Source of the DNA: Entomortierella parvispora E1425
Lineage: Eukaryota; Fungi; Mortierellomycota
Assembly (NCBI GenBank): GCA_020891255.1
Contig: BQFW01000003.1
Coordinates: 744,001 to 808,000 of the forward strand
DNA length: 64,000 nucleotides
Direction of reading: 5' to 3'
Below, one piece after another: positions 41,330-54,453 of the stretch. How positions within the stretch are numbered: position 1 is the first letter of the stretch; each line of letters starts with the position of its first letter. A program made the position numbers and the translations under genes. A model generated the notes under the pieces. It was not told where the DNA came from. It searched no databases and saw nothing but the letters and a program-made list of their open reading frames with translations.

Positions 41330-41960
41330 GGTCGTGGTCGTGGTTGTGGTTGTGGTGGGTTGTGAGTGGTGAGTGGGGAGTGGGGAGTGGTGAGGATTAT
41401 TACCCTGAGAATCATCTCTGCGGCGACCATTGTTACGGAAGACGATGGTGCCCTACCCTCGGGTAGCGTAATAGTGATCAGAGTAGGTTCAGTGAAGGGC
41501 TGGGGAGAATGAGAGGTGATAGTGGCATGGGTGATTCCGGAGAATTCGTCTCTGCGGCTGTCAACGTTCCGGAAGACGTTCGGGGGCCTCTTCCTACGAG
41601 GAGGTTAATAGTTGGAGGTGGTTCAACGAAGGACTCGGCTGGGGGGTTGGGAGTTGAAGAGAGGGATAGTGAGGGTGAGGGTGAGGGTGGGGGTGAGGGT
41701 GAGGGTGGGGGTGAGGGTGGGGGTGAGGGTGGGGGTGAGGGTGGTGTGGGGCATCTCCCTGAGAATCATCTCTGCGGCGACCATTGTTACGGAAGACGGT
41801 GGTGCCCTGCCCTCGGGTAGCGTAATAGTGATCAGAGTAGGTTCAATGAAGGATTCGGTTTGGGGGTGGAATTCAAGAGGGGAAGAGTGAGAGTGGTGTG
41901 GAGTATCTCTCTGAGAATAATATCTGCGGCATCAGAGATCAGCCGAGTCTTGACAACGTC
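41330..41960. repeat. Degenerate direct-repeat array with interspersed G-rich microsatellites
   Basis: A ~95 bp near-identical pair at ~41401-41497 and ~41757-41852 (ctgagaatcatctctgcggcgaccattgttacggaagacg..gatcagagtaggttca), with diverged copies at ~41540 and ~41905, and (GAGGGTGGGGGT)n at ~41669-41745. Confidence 0.9.
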
Positions 41961-42788
41961 CACTGACCATACTGGAGTCCTCTCCATTACGGATAGCAAA
42001 AAAATCAAGAAAGGCGGCCTTCCATCCAGTCAAGATCCTGCCCAGGCACTGCAGCCGCTTCTTTGCGATACCTTTGCAGTGCTGAAAGGAGGATTGTCAA
42101 CGCGTGGCAATAAGAGGTTCCCTCTCTTCAACGTCAGTCCTCCATTGACCACATACTGACCATTCCGCAAGTGGCAGACCTTTTATCACGAATAGGTGCG
42201 GCGACTTTCAAGCAAGTGGCCGGTCAACTCGTAGTCCTGTAGTTTTCTTTCACTTATATTAAACTGGTCATGAACATAACAGAAGCGCACTCAGAGAAGA
42301 AAAGATGACCGCGGACAACTGTTTCTCATTGCAAGACTGAGAAGGACGGTGGTGCTGGTGCTCCAAGGGAGCCAAAATATCAAAAAAAAAAAAATAAAAA
42401 AAAAACACCACTGGAGCCGCAGAAGGGATTCCAACTCAATCTCCCTTCGCCGATCGCCGATCCTTTTGTTTGGCATCCGGTATATGAAGGTGTGTATTTG
42501 CACCATGCGTCTCCCCCCACATCACAACCTCTGATCCACTGTTCTTTCAACTGAACATCTTTCCAAGCTCCTCTTCCTAAAACAACACTCCAAAAAAGAG
42601 GGACAGAATTTCTTTTTTTCAATGACCTTGCTATCGCTACCTTGCTATTGCTACCTTACTATCGCTGCTGCAGAACAATGAATGATTTTTGAGGTTCACA
42701 CAACTCACTCTCGTCCTTGATCCCATCGCCCCATCTCGTTGTGGCATATTCAGTTTGAGTGCCATTGATTCCATCATGCAGAAAAAAC

Positions 42789-43091
42789 ATGTCGCAGCTT
42801 GCCTTGAGCATGCTGCTGTTTGTCTTGTCTACATCGGTGTTGCACACGTGCGTGACGACCCAGCAGTCCGTGAGTGCAGGAGGGGCCGTGTCCGAGAACG
42901 AAGAGGACGATGAAGTTTGCAAGAGAGGTGCCAATGGGGCGCTGTATCGGCGAGGAGAGTGGTACCCGTTGTCGGGGCAACGCGAGTGCTTGTGGCGCTT
43001 GCAGCAAAAGAACAATGGAATTGTCTGTGTCGATGCTGCTGGAGACGCTTTGGTGGACGAGGTATTGTATAAATGTGACCGCACAGGCTAG
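42789..43091 (+). CDS. Putative small secreted cysteine-containing protein (100 aa)
   Basis: Hydrophobic N-terminus MSQLALSMLLFVLSTSVLHTCVT, an acidic patch, then C..Y..GEWY..C..NG.VC..C. Intronless ORF; no family confirmed. Confidence 0.5.
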   Translation: MSQLALSMLLFVLSTSVLHTCVTTQQSVSAGGAVSENEEDDEVCKRGANGALYRRGEWYPLSGQRECLWRLQQKNNGIVCVDAAGDALVDEVLYKCDRTG

Positions 43092-44850
43092 CAAAGGAAT
43101 GTAAAGAAGCCTCATTTTTTAATATAGGGGGGGGGGATGGTCCAACCATTGACTCCGTCAAGCGGTGGTTGCCGGAGGGGGATGTGGGGTTGGATGCGGC
43201 CGCCCGGGGTTCTAGTTGACTTTCTGGCCAAGGGTTTCGTCCATGACTGCAACAACATCGCGGCTGATGGTCATGGGGTAAGTCGGATAATTGGTATTTT
43301 GGGCCTGCCCGAGTAAGCTGCTGCAGGAAATGGCTCTGAAGCTATCATCCGTTAGATGATGACTGAATGCCTTCTAAGTCGGTTGTCCCAGAACGCGGCC
43401 ATTACGGTCTTTTTTTTCCTTCTGATATTGAACTGAATACGAATAGGACTTTGGTTCCTGAATCATATTTATTACGTGTTGGTACAGCTAGACTAATGAT
43501 GAGAATGGTATGCAAAGGATGATGGTACGAGGGGAGAGAGGGGGTATAAAAGGGGAAGTGAGGGAAATGCTAAAGTCAACCTGGAAAGAGGCACCAGCAC
43601 CTTTCTTTCGAGTCCTTGTGGAGACAGAGGGAAAAGACAGACATGCTGCACAAGACCAACAACACTCCACATATCTACGAATGGGTGTTTTTTTTTCAGC
43701 TCGGATGAGGTGCTCTCGTCCTCTTTCCAAAGATCTCAACACTCCTCCCCCCCAGAAAATCTGGAAAGGAGGGCACATTTGTTGATTTGTTGTTGTGCTG
43801 AAAATGGCTGAGGACTGGGGGAGGCGCTGGTTGACTGCTGACTGTTGACTGTCCGCTTGTGGTGGGGTGCCTTTGACTTGTATGAAAAGGATACAATGCA
43901 GTGTTTTTTTGGACCAAAAGAAGAAAAAAGAAAGGGTCCCCATCCCCTAAAAGAAAGGGAAAGCCAACCGGACAGATCCGGTGGCTCGATGATTCGTGGA
44001 CAATGAAAGAGGGAGAATGAAAAAAAAAAGATGCTCGGCTTGCAGAGAGAAAAAGACAAAAAATGCAATGCATGCATGTTGGCGCAGCGGACGACGAAAA
44101 CAAAAAGAAAAAAAAAATGCAAGTGAAAATGAGGGGGGAAAGAAAATTCGAGCATGGTCCAAGCGGAGACCAACCCTCTCAGGAGAACTCTGTTCTCCGC
44201 TGATTTTTGTCGGGAAGGAGCCAAAAAGAAATAAAGAAAGGGCCTGAACCACCCTTCACAGTAAAAAAAAAAAAAATTGTGACAGGATGGGGTCAAGATC
44301 CCCGGGTTTCCAGTATTTGCAAAAGATAATGGGTGAGGAAAGAGGGTCGAATTGAGTTCAGACAGGGTTCATGTTGTGGTCGATCGATCCTGTATCCAGA
44401 ATCGTCAGGGCTGGTCCTTGTGTCGCAACGTGGGTGATTGTGTCCTCCTTTGCTGTCAAGCTGAGATCCAACTGTGAATGGTATCCACTATCCAGTGTTG
44501 AACCATGGGCTATTATAACGATATAAAAAACAAGTTCAGTCAATGGGGTTACAATCGGCATCTTTGACCCGTTGAGTTCATACTCCGCACATTGTTGCCC
44601 TGTGAAAAAACAAAAGAGAGACGGGCTCGCGTCTGGACAGGGGGTAGGGCGACAGACTTACCGGCTGTTGTTTGGGCAACAAGGCCAAAAAATTGGCCAA
44701 CGGAACAAGGACAGAGACACGGGGAAGACAGGAGAGCATTTTGTCTCGACCTCATAAATCCGATGCAGACCAGACGAAACAAGAGACACAACCGAAACGC
44801 ACAGTTTAGACACGAACAGGAGGATGAGTAACGCGTCGAGATCACGTTCA

Positions 44851-45252
44851 TCAGAAGTAGTCTTCGTTGGCCGAATGAAAGCTCATAGCGGACGTAGCGG
44901 ACATGTAGGTGTCGGAGGACGAGACCGAGGACCAGGAGCCGACCATGATGTCGTTCAATGGGTGGTCGTCTTCCTCGCGCAGAGGGACAACAAACTCGCA
45001 AAGTGAAGACTTGGCTAAAAAATAAAGTTGAGACAACAAGGATGAAAAAACACGGCTTAGTCAAAGGCCCATTGACACGCGTCTGGTCTCGCGTCGTACA
45101 CACAAAAAAGTAGTTTGTCACAACAAAAAAATAAGGAGGGAATGAAGACATGTGGCGCCAGAGGGCCGGCAATGGTCGGAAACACAGGAAAGGAAACAAC
45201 ACTAACAACAATGCCAATCTACGCCATGCTATCATTCATCACCATTGTTCAT

Positions 45253-45287
<35 letters not shown>

Positions 45288-46802
45288 AAACAAAAGGATA
45301 CCATGACGACCAACCCCAAAGTAAGTTCCGTCCACCTGTTCAAAAAGTCCTTGGGGTCAATGTTTTTTTTTTGTTCACTCTCTCTCTTCTCCCCCCCCAC
45401 ACGACAAAGGAACCATAAATATAAAAAAGGGGAGCGCAGGAAAGTAAAAAAGAAGGGACAGGGGGTAAAAGGATAATTGACTTGCAAAAGAATCCAACTT
45501 GAGCATACCATAGCGGAAAGGATCCTTTCTTCGGGGGAGATATCCTCTGGGCTTTAAGGGGGAGATGAGCTTGCGGGACCGAATCATTCTCAACTCGGAA
45601 GCCATCATGCGCAGATAGTCGGCGTTGGAACGAGTCTCGCGTGTTAAAAGATGGCGAGGAAGAGGCGGTGGCAGTAATGAACTGTCACGACGCTTATTGC
45701 TGCTGTCCTTTGGAGCAGTTGCGCAAGCAGCAGCGGGAGGAGCTAGAGTCCCCGTGGTCTTTGTAGCCTGGTTCTTAGTGTGGATAGTCACGGAAGACTG
45801 TGATCTAGGTCTGTCCACAACGGGTGTTTCCAGATACGTAAAGGTCTTTAGTGGGATCGTGTCCGAACGAGCCACCTTGAACTTGTCCATGGCGGCCACA
45901 GAGACTGGGTAAGAGACGGATCCGTAGTAGGATTGCATTGTCGATGTGGAAGATATGGAGGAGGCAAGGTTGGGTAAGGAGAGAGGCGCATCCGATAGAG
46001 TGAGGGGAGTAGCTCGTAGTGGGGTCGCATCGACAGCGGCAACGGGAGCGCTGTTGGCGACACGGAGTGCAGCTGGAGGCAGGAGAATGTGGGCTTCGGA
46101 ATTGGCGACGGAGCCTCTCCTTCGCTGCGAACGATCGTTGCCGGACCACGAAAAGGACGTCGTTGATGCTAGGTACTGGGCTTTGAGGTTGGCCCAGAAT
46201 CCCAAGCGGGAGGAGGACGTTGCCGATTCGGGAAGCAAAGATTGTAATGAATGGAACAACGGTTGGATAAAGTGGGATTCGCTACTTTCGTTGTTGCTGT
46301 TGCTGTTGGTGGTGGTGTTGTCGTTGATGCCCTTTGTCGTTGGCAGCAACTCGAGCGAGTTGCTAGAAGAAACAGGGGAAACGGGGGACGGTGGAGTGGA
46401 CGAGGAATTCCTTGAAGAGAGGGAGACCTTTGACACGCTGCCGGCAGCGCGGGCGGTGGGTCCTGTTCTCTTTTTTCGAGGAGGAATCACACCGTAGGGT
46501 TGGGGCGCGTTCGCAGTGAACTGGGCGATAAAGGCCTTGTAGTTGGCAGCATTGTTGAGAGGCGCGGGAGCTGGTTTGAACTGGGGTCTATTCCTTTGTG
46601 GGGCAGAGTGGACGGTCGCAGTTCTGGCAGGGAATGTGGACGTGTTTGATAATGAAGAGACAGGAGAGGGGGCAGAAGTAGCAAGGCCTTCAGGGGAAGC
46701 AATGTTGCTAGGGGCAGGGGCAGGGATGGTCGCACACAAGTCCAGGGAGTCCGGGTGCGGGTTCGAACAAGGAGAAGAGGAGGGTCGTATGAGCGACAGC
46801 AT
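44851..46802 (-). CDS. S/P-rich hypothetical protein with a compact C-terminal motif
   Basis: A long exon 46802-~45505 ends RETRSNADYLRMMASELRMIRSRKLISPLKPRGYLPRRKDPFRY. Donor GTATGC, acceptor TTTTAG at 45015, then an in-frame last exon AKSSLCEFVVPL..NEDYF*. Confidence 0.75.
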
Positions 46803-49482
46803 CGGATGGCTGTGATGGATGTCGATTGAGAACGAAAGAACGAATGAGTGAAGAGTGAGACGCAGTACGAGGTGAATGTGAAGGAGGAGAGGAGTAGGAG
46901 AGGAGGAGGAGAGGAGAAAAGAGAATGCAATGAAAGTGGAGAGTGGAGAGTGGGGGGAATGAAGAGAGAAGGGTAAAGAGAAGAAAAGAGGGAAGAAGAG
47001 AGGCGAGAGAAATGAGAGGAGAGAATAGAGAAAGAGAGCACTCTCCCAGGTGAAGGGAGGGGAAGGATTGGCTGTTGGGATATGTTTGTCTGAATACGGG
47101 TGGGGTCGCGCTCTCTTTTGTTTCTTTCTTTAGGAAAGGCAATTGAATGCAGGGAACGGGAAAGAATACATTGCATGGCCGCAAATGAACTTGCTCTTGT
47201 TGATTCCTGTTGGGTGAGGGCTTGTTCCTTGTTCCTGACTGGCGAGGACCAACGACGCGTGTTGTTTGTTTCTGCTTGTTGTCTCTTGTTGTTGTTGCTG
47301 TTCCTGTTCCTGTGCTTGTTCCTGTCCCTGATGCTTGCACTCGAGACATCAACAGCCCTCCTCACCTCCTCCATGGGCAACATGTTGGGGGAAAGAAGAG
47401 CTGCTGTTGTTGATGTCGATGGTTCTCTTCTCTCTTCTCTCGTCCTGTTCAGCTGCTCTGCCATGATGGGATCGCGTTCCTGAAATCAACACTTTTGCCA
47501 CCAAAGACAAACAAGCGAGTCAGGGGTCCATCATGTTGGGGGCATGAAGAGGGCCGACGCAGAAGCACGCGACATACAAGATGTCCACCACACCTTGTCC
47601 CTTCCTGCTTCTCTCCCCTCCATCTTGTCTTTTTTATATATCTCGGCAAGCTCGTTTTCCACATACCAAGATGTGGACGTGTGGAGGGTGTGAAGATCGT
47701 GTGTGGCACTCTTTTTTCAGTATTGTTTTGACTTTCATTTCTGTTGTCATTCATCCTCATCTCGTCTCGTCCTTTGCCACGAACCTCCTTTTCCCTTTTC
47801 TGCCCCTTCTCCCCCCACAATCAGCTGACAAGATAGAGAGACAAAAGACAGACGCGCGCGACGCACGCGGGTTCATGTTTCCAAAAAAGAACTGTGAACA
47901 GGTGTTTGTTAAAAAAAAAAGGGACATGCAACAGACGGAGCGGGAAGGGATGGTCCTCGTTTTTACTTCTTTTTTTTTAAAAAAAACAGCTAGCAGGGGA
48001 TCTTTAAAAAAAGGGCGTAGATGGACAGGCGTACTTTTCTTTCAGAGTTGAAGTTTTTCAAACACATGGCCGGGGAGGGGAGTGGCGTGGAGTGGAGAGT
48101 GCAAACACTATCCAATCTGTCTGAGCATCTTCCCTTGAACCTCAATGATAGGCGGATACATGTTCGATTGGTGGGAAAACAACGACCATTTGTTAGAGCA
48201 ACAGACAACACACACAGACACACACGACCTCGGTCTTGTTCTTCGGGTCATGTAGCCATGTACTCCAACCTCGTACTTTACCGATCAACAGTCTACCGCC
48301 CACCTTACCCCCCTCTCTCTCCCAGACAGTTCCCTAACTGTTTTTCTCTGCAAGCTCATGATGCTCTTGTTTTGTGAACTCGAGTTCTCGAACTCGTGTC
48401 TTTGTCCCACGCTTGGGTATCAGTTTGATATTTTTTGTTGTTGTTGTCGTTGTCGTTGTTGATTTTTGACAATCAAGACTACGGTTGATCTGTCCTTTCT
48501 TCCCTCGCCCCAGCCTAGTGAATTGCATGCGATGACGAAAAATAAGCACGAGGATGGGGAATGAAAATTGAATACAAAAAACACGGCGTCCCTCTTGTTG
48601 GTGGTGAGAACGGGTCCTGTCCGATTCATGGACCCCATTGGTTGGAAGCCTCCGGCAAGGGTCTAACACCTTGGGGGTACAAATGAGTGTAATAGACTAT
48701 GAATCCGCGAGTCCGTGTCTGCCTGCAGACTACCTCTCATCTTGGTAAGGGACCTTTCTTCGTTTCTGCATGTTAACCCTGGTCGCTCTTGTTGTTTTGT
48801 TCTAGTTCGGTGAACAACAACAAAAAAAAAAAAAGTTTTTTAGACCAGACGGTGGGTCGCGGTCGTGATCAATCGGAAGAATGAAATAAGGGTTCAACTT
48901 TCTCTCGTAATGATGGGCACGCCGTCGAGAAACTGTTTATGAAGCACAAAAAAGGATGCAATCAGCACAACTCCTTGGCTTCCGACTCACTGGATAGACA
49001 GACTTTGTCCTTTTGAACTTTTCTCAACCTTTTCCTCCCTTCTCTCGGCTATTCCTAATTCAACTTTGTTTGCGACCCTGATGATATTCTCCAAAGCTCT
49101 CAATTCTCAGTTCCCCCCATCCCCCCTTCTTTCACCAACGGAACACAGGGGCAGAGCGACCGTCAATTGTGACCAAGAAACTCTGAGCAAACAAAATAAA
49201 GAAAAAAAAAAACTTTGACGCCACGCCACGTTACATGAGCGAATGGCAAAAAGTGCGAAATTGCGTTTGCTGATTGGCTGCGGTTCCTGAGAATGCCTTC
49301 CTTCCCTTGATTGGCGCCGGTCACCCAAGAAGTTGCACAACAGCGTTTCCTTGTTGCCTTGCTGCAAGTGACGTTTGCTTCTTGCAGCTCTCTTTGCTGT
49401 TTGCAATTGATTCCTTTATTTTTGACGCCCCGGGGACTCTCGTGGGTGTCAGATACATTTTTCACTCATTCCCTTTCATTCT

Positions 49483-49781
49483 TTAGCTAAGATCCATGGC
49501 CTCGCCCTTGAATTGGTTCGAGTAGAGGTCCTCGCGACTCTCGCTCTCGGCCACATATTGGTTCAAATCGTAGGCATTGGGTCCCTGACGCACCTCGTGC
49601 AAGAACAATGCGAACTTGGGCGTCAAGGTTGGGTCCGCAAGCTTGGACAAGAAAGCAATCGCACGCAGTGCTGATCGAACCAATTCCTGGTTCTTTTCAA
49701 TCTCCTGCTTCACAGCAGAGGGCTTGAGCTTGAAGTTGAGAGTTGTCTGCAATGGTTCAACCATATCATCCAAACCTGTAG

Positions 49782-49815
<34 letters not shown>

Positions 49816-52800
49816 AAAATAAAGAAAGAGGTTAGAATCGTGTCATCACAATGTGGTTAGAGTAAAACATGGACAAGTGACAAAACATACGTTGAGCGAC
49901 TGCAGTAGGGGACACAATCGAAAGACGGACGAGGGTCAAATGGCAGAGCATCTTGATGTCGGGCTGATCCACCAAACCGACCAGAATACGATCAATAAAG
50001 GCAAAGATCTCGACTTTGTCGCGGCACTTCTCCAAGAGCGTGTACATGCACTCGAAGGCAGACTTGCGAATCTCAATACCGTCATCAACTCTGTGCTTGA
50101 AGGGTCCCATCTCTACAATGTGAATGAGCTCCTCCACAACAGCAGTCTCCTGGTAGAGCAGGGGCAGAAGCTGACCAAGAACATCGCGAATCAGATAAGG
50201 CTTGTTGTGTGCGGCCGAGTCAAGAGTCGTGAGAGACAAACGACGAACGTTCAGATCACTGTCCTTCATCAAGGACAAGAACTCGACAATCAAAGGACGA
50301 AGAAGCTCATCATAGCTTCGAGTGTTGTCCGTGAAAGTGTACTTGAATGCAGACACAACAGTACCACGGATCTGTGGAGAGCTTGATCGGAGGCGCTCCT
50401 GTAAAAGTCATGAAAACGATACCAAAAACGTCAGACTCTGCAGTGCATCACTTATTGTTAGACAGTCAAGAGCTCGTCTCATACCTGCAGTTCGGGCAAG
50501 AACTTGTAAGGGTTGGTGAGTGTCAGCTTTCCGAGACACTCTGCAACGACATTGCGTGTTCCTTCCTCCTTGCTCTCACAGTTGTCAAACAAAAGGGTCC
50601 TATGTGGCAAAGAAGGGCAAAAAATAGGTTAGTAACACTGACCTCACTCTTTGTCAAGACAGCAGGGTCATCTCCAAAGTTGACCACGAACCAGATTTCC
50701 GAAGCGTGAGCCTCCAGTTCCTGACTGCCTTGCTTCTGGGTGTAACGAGTAATGACCTCCTTGAGAGCATGCAACAACAAGTAACGCTTCTTGGGGTCAT
50801 TTTGAATCTCCTGCATGATAATAGGGACGTATACGCCAACGTTACCAGCACTCACGTTACCTAATTGCAATAAGTGAAATAGATGTCAGACAAAACTCAG
50901 TAGCACACAGTTATCTGTTATAGGTCTCCAGCAATAGTTACCAATAGCAAAGGCAGCGGCAGATCGGACCTCCTCCGAGTGCACATTGAACATTGCCAGG
51001 ATGGACGTATGAAGAGTGGCATGACCTGTCAATGACACGCGACGACCAATCTCTCCCAGCGTGATCAAGGCAAGGTACTTTTGAGAGTCAGTGGTGCGTG
51101 CATCCTCGATCTTGTGCACAAACTCAGAAACAGTTGCGTTGGCGTTCCTATCCGAGTTCAAACACAAGACGGCGATACATTGGGCAATGGTGGAGAAAGC
51201 TTGCTTGGAAAGAGCGAGCTGCCCATCGCGAGGAGGAGCATTGGCGGGTTCCAAGAGGCCGTTGATAAGAGTCTGGAACTCCTTGTCGTTGGTGCGCACA
51301 AGGGCAGCAAAGAGTGCCAACAAAGAGTCAAGGGCCTGTCCTTGGATCAAAGGAGACTTGACCAATTGGAGGACCGAAGGCAGGATCTCCTGCTTGACGA
51401 CATTGATGCTGGTGGGGTTGGCGTGAAGAATAGAAACAACGGACGTAAGACCAAGAGGCAGCAGGTGAAGGTCCTCTTCAGAGATCAAAGGCTTCAGCTC
51501 GTTCAAAAGCTCGTCATAAGTCGAAGCGGGCAAAACCTTGCCGAATCTACCAAAGAGTGACAGGAAAGGGTTAATATCAAGCACACACTGGCATCCTTTT
51601 GCTTGCCATCAGTGATCCATAATTGTAGGAGCACCAACGTTACCTTCGAATGGAAACATCCAAAAAGTGAAGACTGGCAACCTTGAGGGGGCGGTTGCTC
51701 TTTCTCAACAGCGAGGCAACCTCAGGAACAGCCTGCAAAATGGGCGCCTTGATTTCAGCGTCACCACATACAGGGCTCTCTACAATCTGAGAAAGGGTCT
51801 TGACAGCCATCAGACGAGTAAGCTCGTTTTGAAGCTTCTCAAGTAGCAGGGGCAAACTGTTGGCCAGCTCGACCCTGAGCTCATCACCTACACGGGAGAG
51901 CAATACTCCCAAACAGAGGATACTGCGCTCCTTGACCTCCTGATCAGCATCTGCAGTTGAAACGCGCTGCAAGATAACATTGTAGATATTGAGGACATGG
52001 GGCTTGGCCTCAGCTCCCAAGGGGCCGTACGAGTAGTTCTGAGCATCCTCGTCAAAGGTCATGTGACGAATGACCTTGATGAGCTCCATGCAACAGATCA
52101 ACGCCTCGGAGGAAATCTTGTAAAACTTGTCCTGAATGGCGGTAATAACGGGAGGGCAGAGTGCATCCAAATGACCCTGGAAGACCTCTGGGGGATGGGT
52201 CCTGAACAGGCTGCGAAGGAATCCCAGGGCCTCAATCTTCAAGTTGGAGTTGGTGGCCAAGTGGTGGTCGTGCTGAGCAGATGCAGTGAGTGACTGACGG
52301 ACTGAGGGAACAAAGAGCATGTAGCTGTTCTCCAATCCACCCCTCAAAACCGTCACCAGTTCCTTCAGCAGGACGAATCCCGAAACACGCGTCTGGAGAG
52401 ACTTTGAGGACGCCTTTGATAACATTTGCTTGGACAGGTTCTTGGTGAGGCGAGGAACTTGGCTGCGAAGCAGGGCTTTTGGACTAGATAAAGCATATTG
52501 TGTTAACATAAACCGTGATGCGGGTAGGGTGGCTACATTTTGAATGATCTTTTCCTTGATTCATCCGTTGTTACCTTTGATCGGTCTCAATAGGAGTTCC
52601 AGGACGGCTGCCTTTGCGCTTCTTGGTGATACTCTCGACGCTGAGATCCACTTCATACTCTGCGCCACCATATGTGTTTGTCTGACGGAGAAGAGTGATG
52701 AAAGTCTGAAGAATTTCGATCCGCACAGTTTCTTCACGTTCCTTGAAGCGGTTGATAAGAGACGGGGCGATGGTAGAGTAGAGCTGTCCAAGAAGGTCCT

Positions 52801-54453
52801 GGCGAGTACCAATAATGGCGGCAAGCAGTTTTGCAGATGTACGACGGACTTTCCATGACATGTCATCATCATCCGAATAGTCGCTATGAGAAAGATTCCA
52901 GAAATGATAAGCATTTGCCCAAGTGAAAATCATATAGCCTTGTCCACTCTTACCCATCATCATCGTCCTCATCTTCATCCTCATCGTCAGAATCCATCTT
53001 TTCGTCTTCATCTTCGTCCTCATCCTCGCCATCATCGTAGTTGGGGTCATAGCGAAGGAACTTGAGTCCAAGACTAATGATGGTGTCAATGAAAGGCGTG
53101 ATTTCAGAGGGGCAACGAAGCACGAAAGACTCCAAGGACTGGAGAGCGCTCTCACGAAGTTCGTCGTCTTCCAAGTCCATGTATTTGATAATTGTAGGGG
53201 CAGTGCTACCCAAAAACTTTCCGAATCTTGGTGCATTAGCTCGACTAGAAAACAAATTGCGAAAGTTAGTAAAGCTTATGCAGAAAGAGCGCGGAAAACG
53301 GCCTTGTTGGTCATAAAACCTGAATCGTACCTGATGGTTCCAGTGGCTTGAATATAGGTTCTAAGGCGTTCGGTCGAGTTCTTTGAGGTTTCCAGTCCGG
53401 CGAGAATCTTCTTCATCAAGTCATCAAAGATGTCATCTGGTACGTGGGCGACAAGGTTTCCAATGGCCATCGAAGCTCTCTTGCGCAAAGCGGGGCGAGA
53501 GTGACTGAGAAGGGCAAAGAGGGTATTGGCGGTTGGTTTTTGGAAATTGGTTGTGGCAAGGATGTTTCCGAATCTGAAGAGAACCTCGCTCAAAATGTCC
53601 AGAGCATCCATTTGGGCATCATAGCTTGAGTTTGCCTAGAGATCGAGGCTAGGTGTTAGTATATCTGTGGTGGCTGGACAGAGTTGCACTACGAGACAAA
53701 GACGGCTTGAAAATAGAGGCCATACACTCTCCAACTGGGACAAAAGACGAGGAACAAGGCGCTTGCAAACATTGACAGCGACGACGGAATTGACGGGAAC
53801 TTGAACAATAACGGTCTTCAGACCGATGCTGGCAATTTCCCGCAAGTCTTCCTTGTCCTGAGAAATGAACCCACAGAGACTATCGACGATCTGTTGAAGC
53901 TGGTTCTCCTGGACTTTTTTCACAAGAGGACCAAGACTAAGGAGAGAATTAAATAAAAAAAAAAAAAAGAGTTGGTCAAACAAAGCTTCACTTGCGCCGC
54001 CTTCCTGCGCCCCCAACCAGCCTTTTCTTTTTTTTTTTTTTTTTTTTTTTTTTTTGTGAAAACGCATGTTTTGGCTCGTACCATTTAACGGCAATGTTCT
54101 GCACTTCGCCGTTTTTGTCCTTCATGAGGAGCAAGATCTTGTCGACAATCTTCTTCTCCGTGTTCTCTTCAATGTTGAAGGAGGGGTTCTGCAACTCGGT
54201 GATGAGATCATTGGTGGCCATGAAACGGAAGTCTGCGTCGTCCGAGTTCATCTATATGCATGCAAACAGATTGGACGAGTCAGTCCGCCAGTTTTCGTTT
54301 CCTTTGGGAGGAGGGGAAGGGCAGGTGTGATAGCCACAGAAAAGACGGTGGCGGCAAAGGTAAACAGAGGAGGGGGGAGGGGGCCGCAGCAGTTGGCGGA
54401 AGGTTTACCTTCTCCAGCAGGGTGCCGACCAGGTACGCGCTTGAGTTTGACAT
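49483..54453 (-). CDS. CAND1: Cullin-associated NEDD8-dissociated protein 1 (TIP120)
   Basis: [15 protein letters not shown]|[89 protein letters not shown] and [26 protein letters not shown]. About 12 introns. Confidence 0.97.

Noticed and set aside
41330-41960. Repeat-spacer appearance resembling a CRISPR array
   Set aside because: Eukaryotic context, units of ~95 bp and degenerate, spacers are microsatellites, and no cas genes.
44358-44830. Possible small spliced gene downstream of the hypothetical protein (minus-strand GTAAGT at ~44661)
   Set aside because: Candidate joins give short peptides with no support; it could be a 3' UTR intron.
47990-48377. 118 aa plus-strand ORF MDRRTFLSELKFF..
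   Set aside because: No motif; it lies in a low-complexity intergenic region and I have no independent support.
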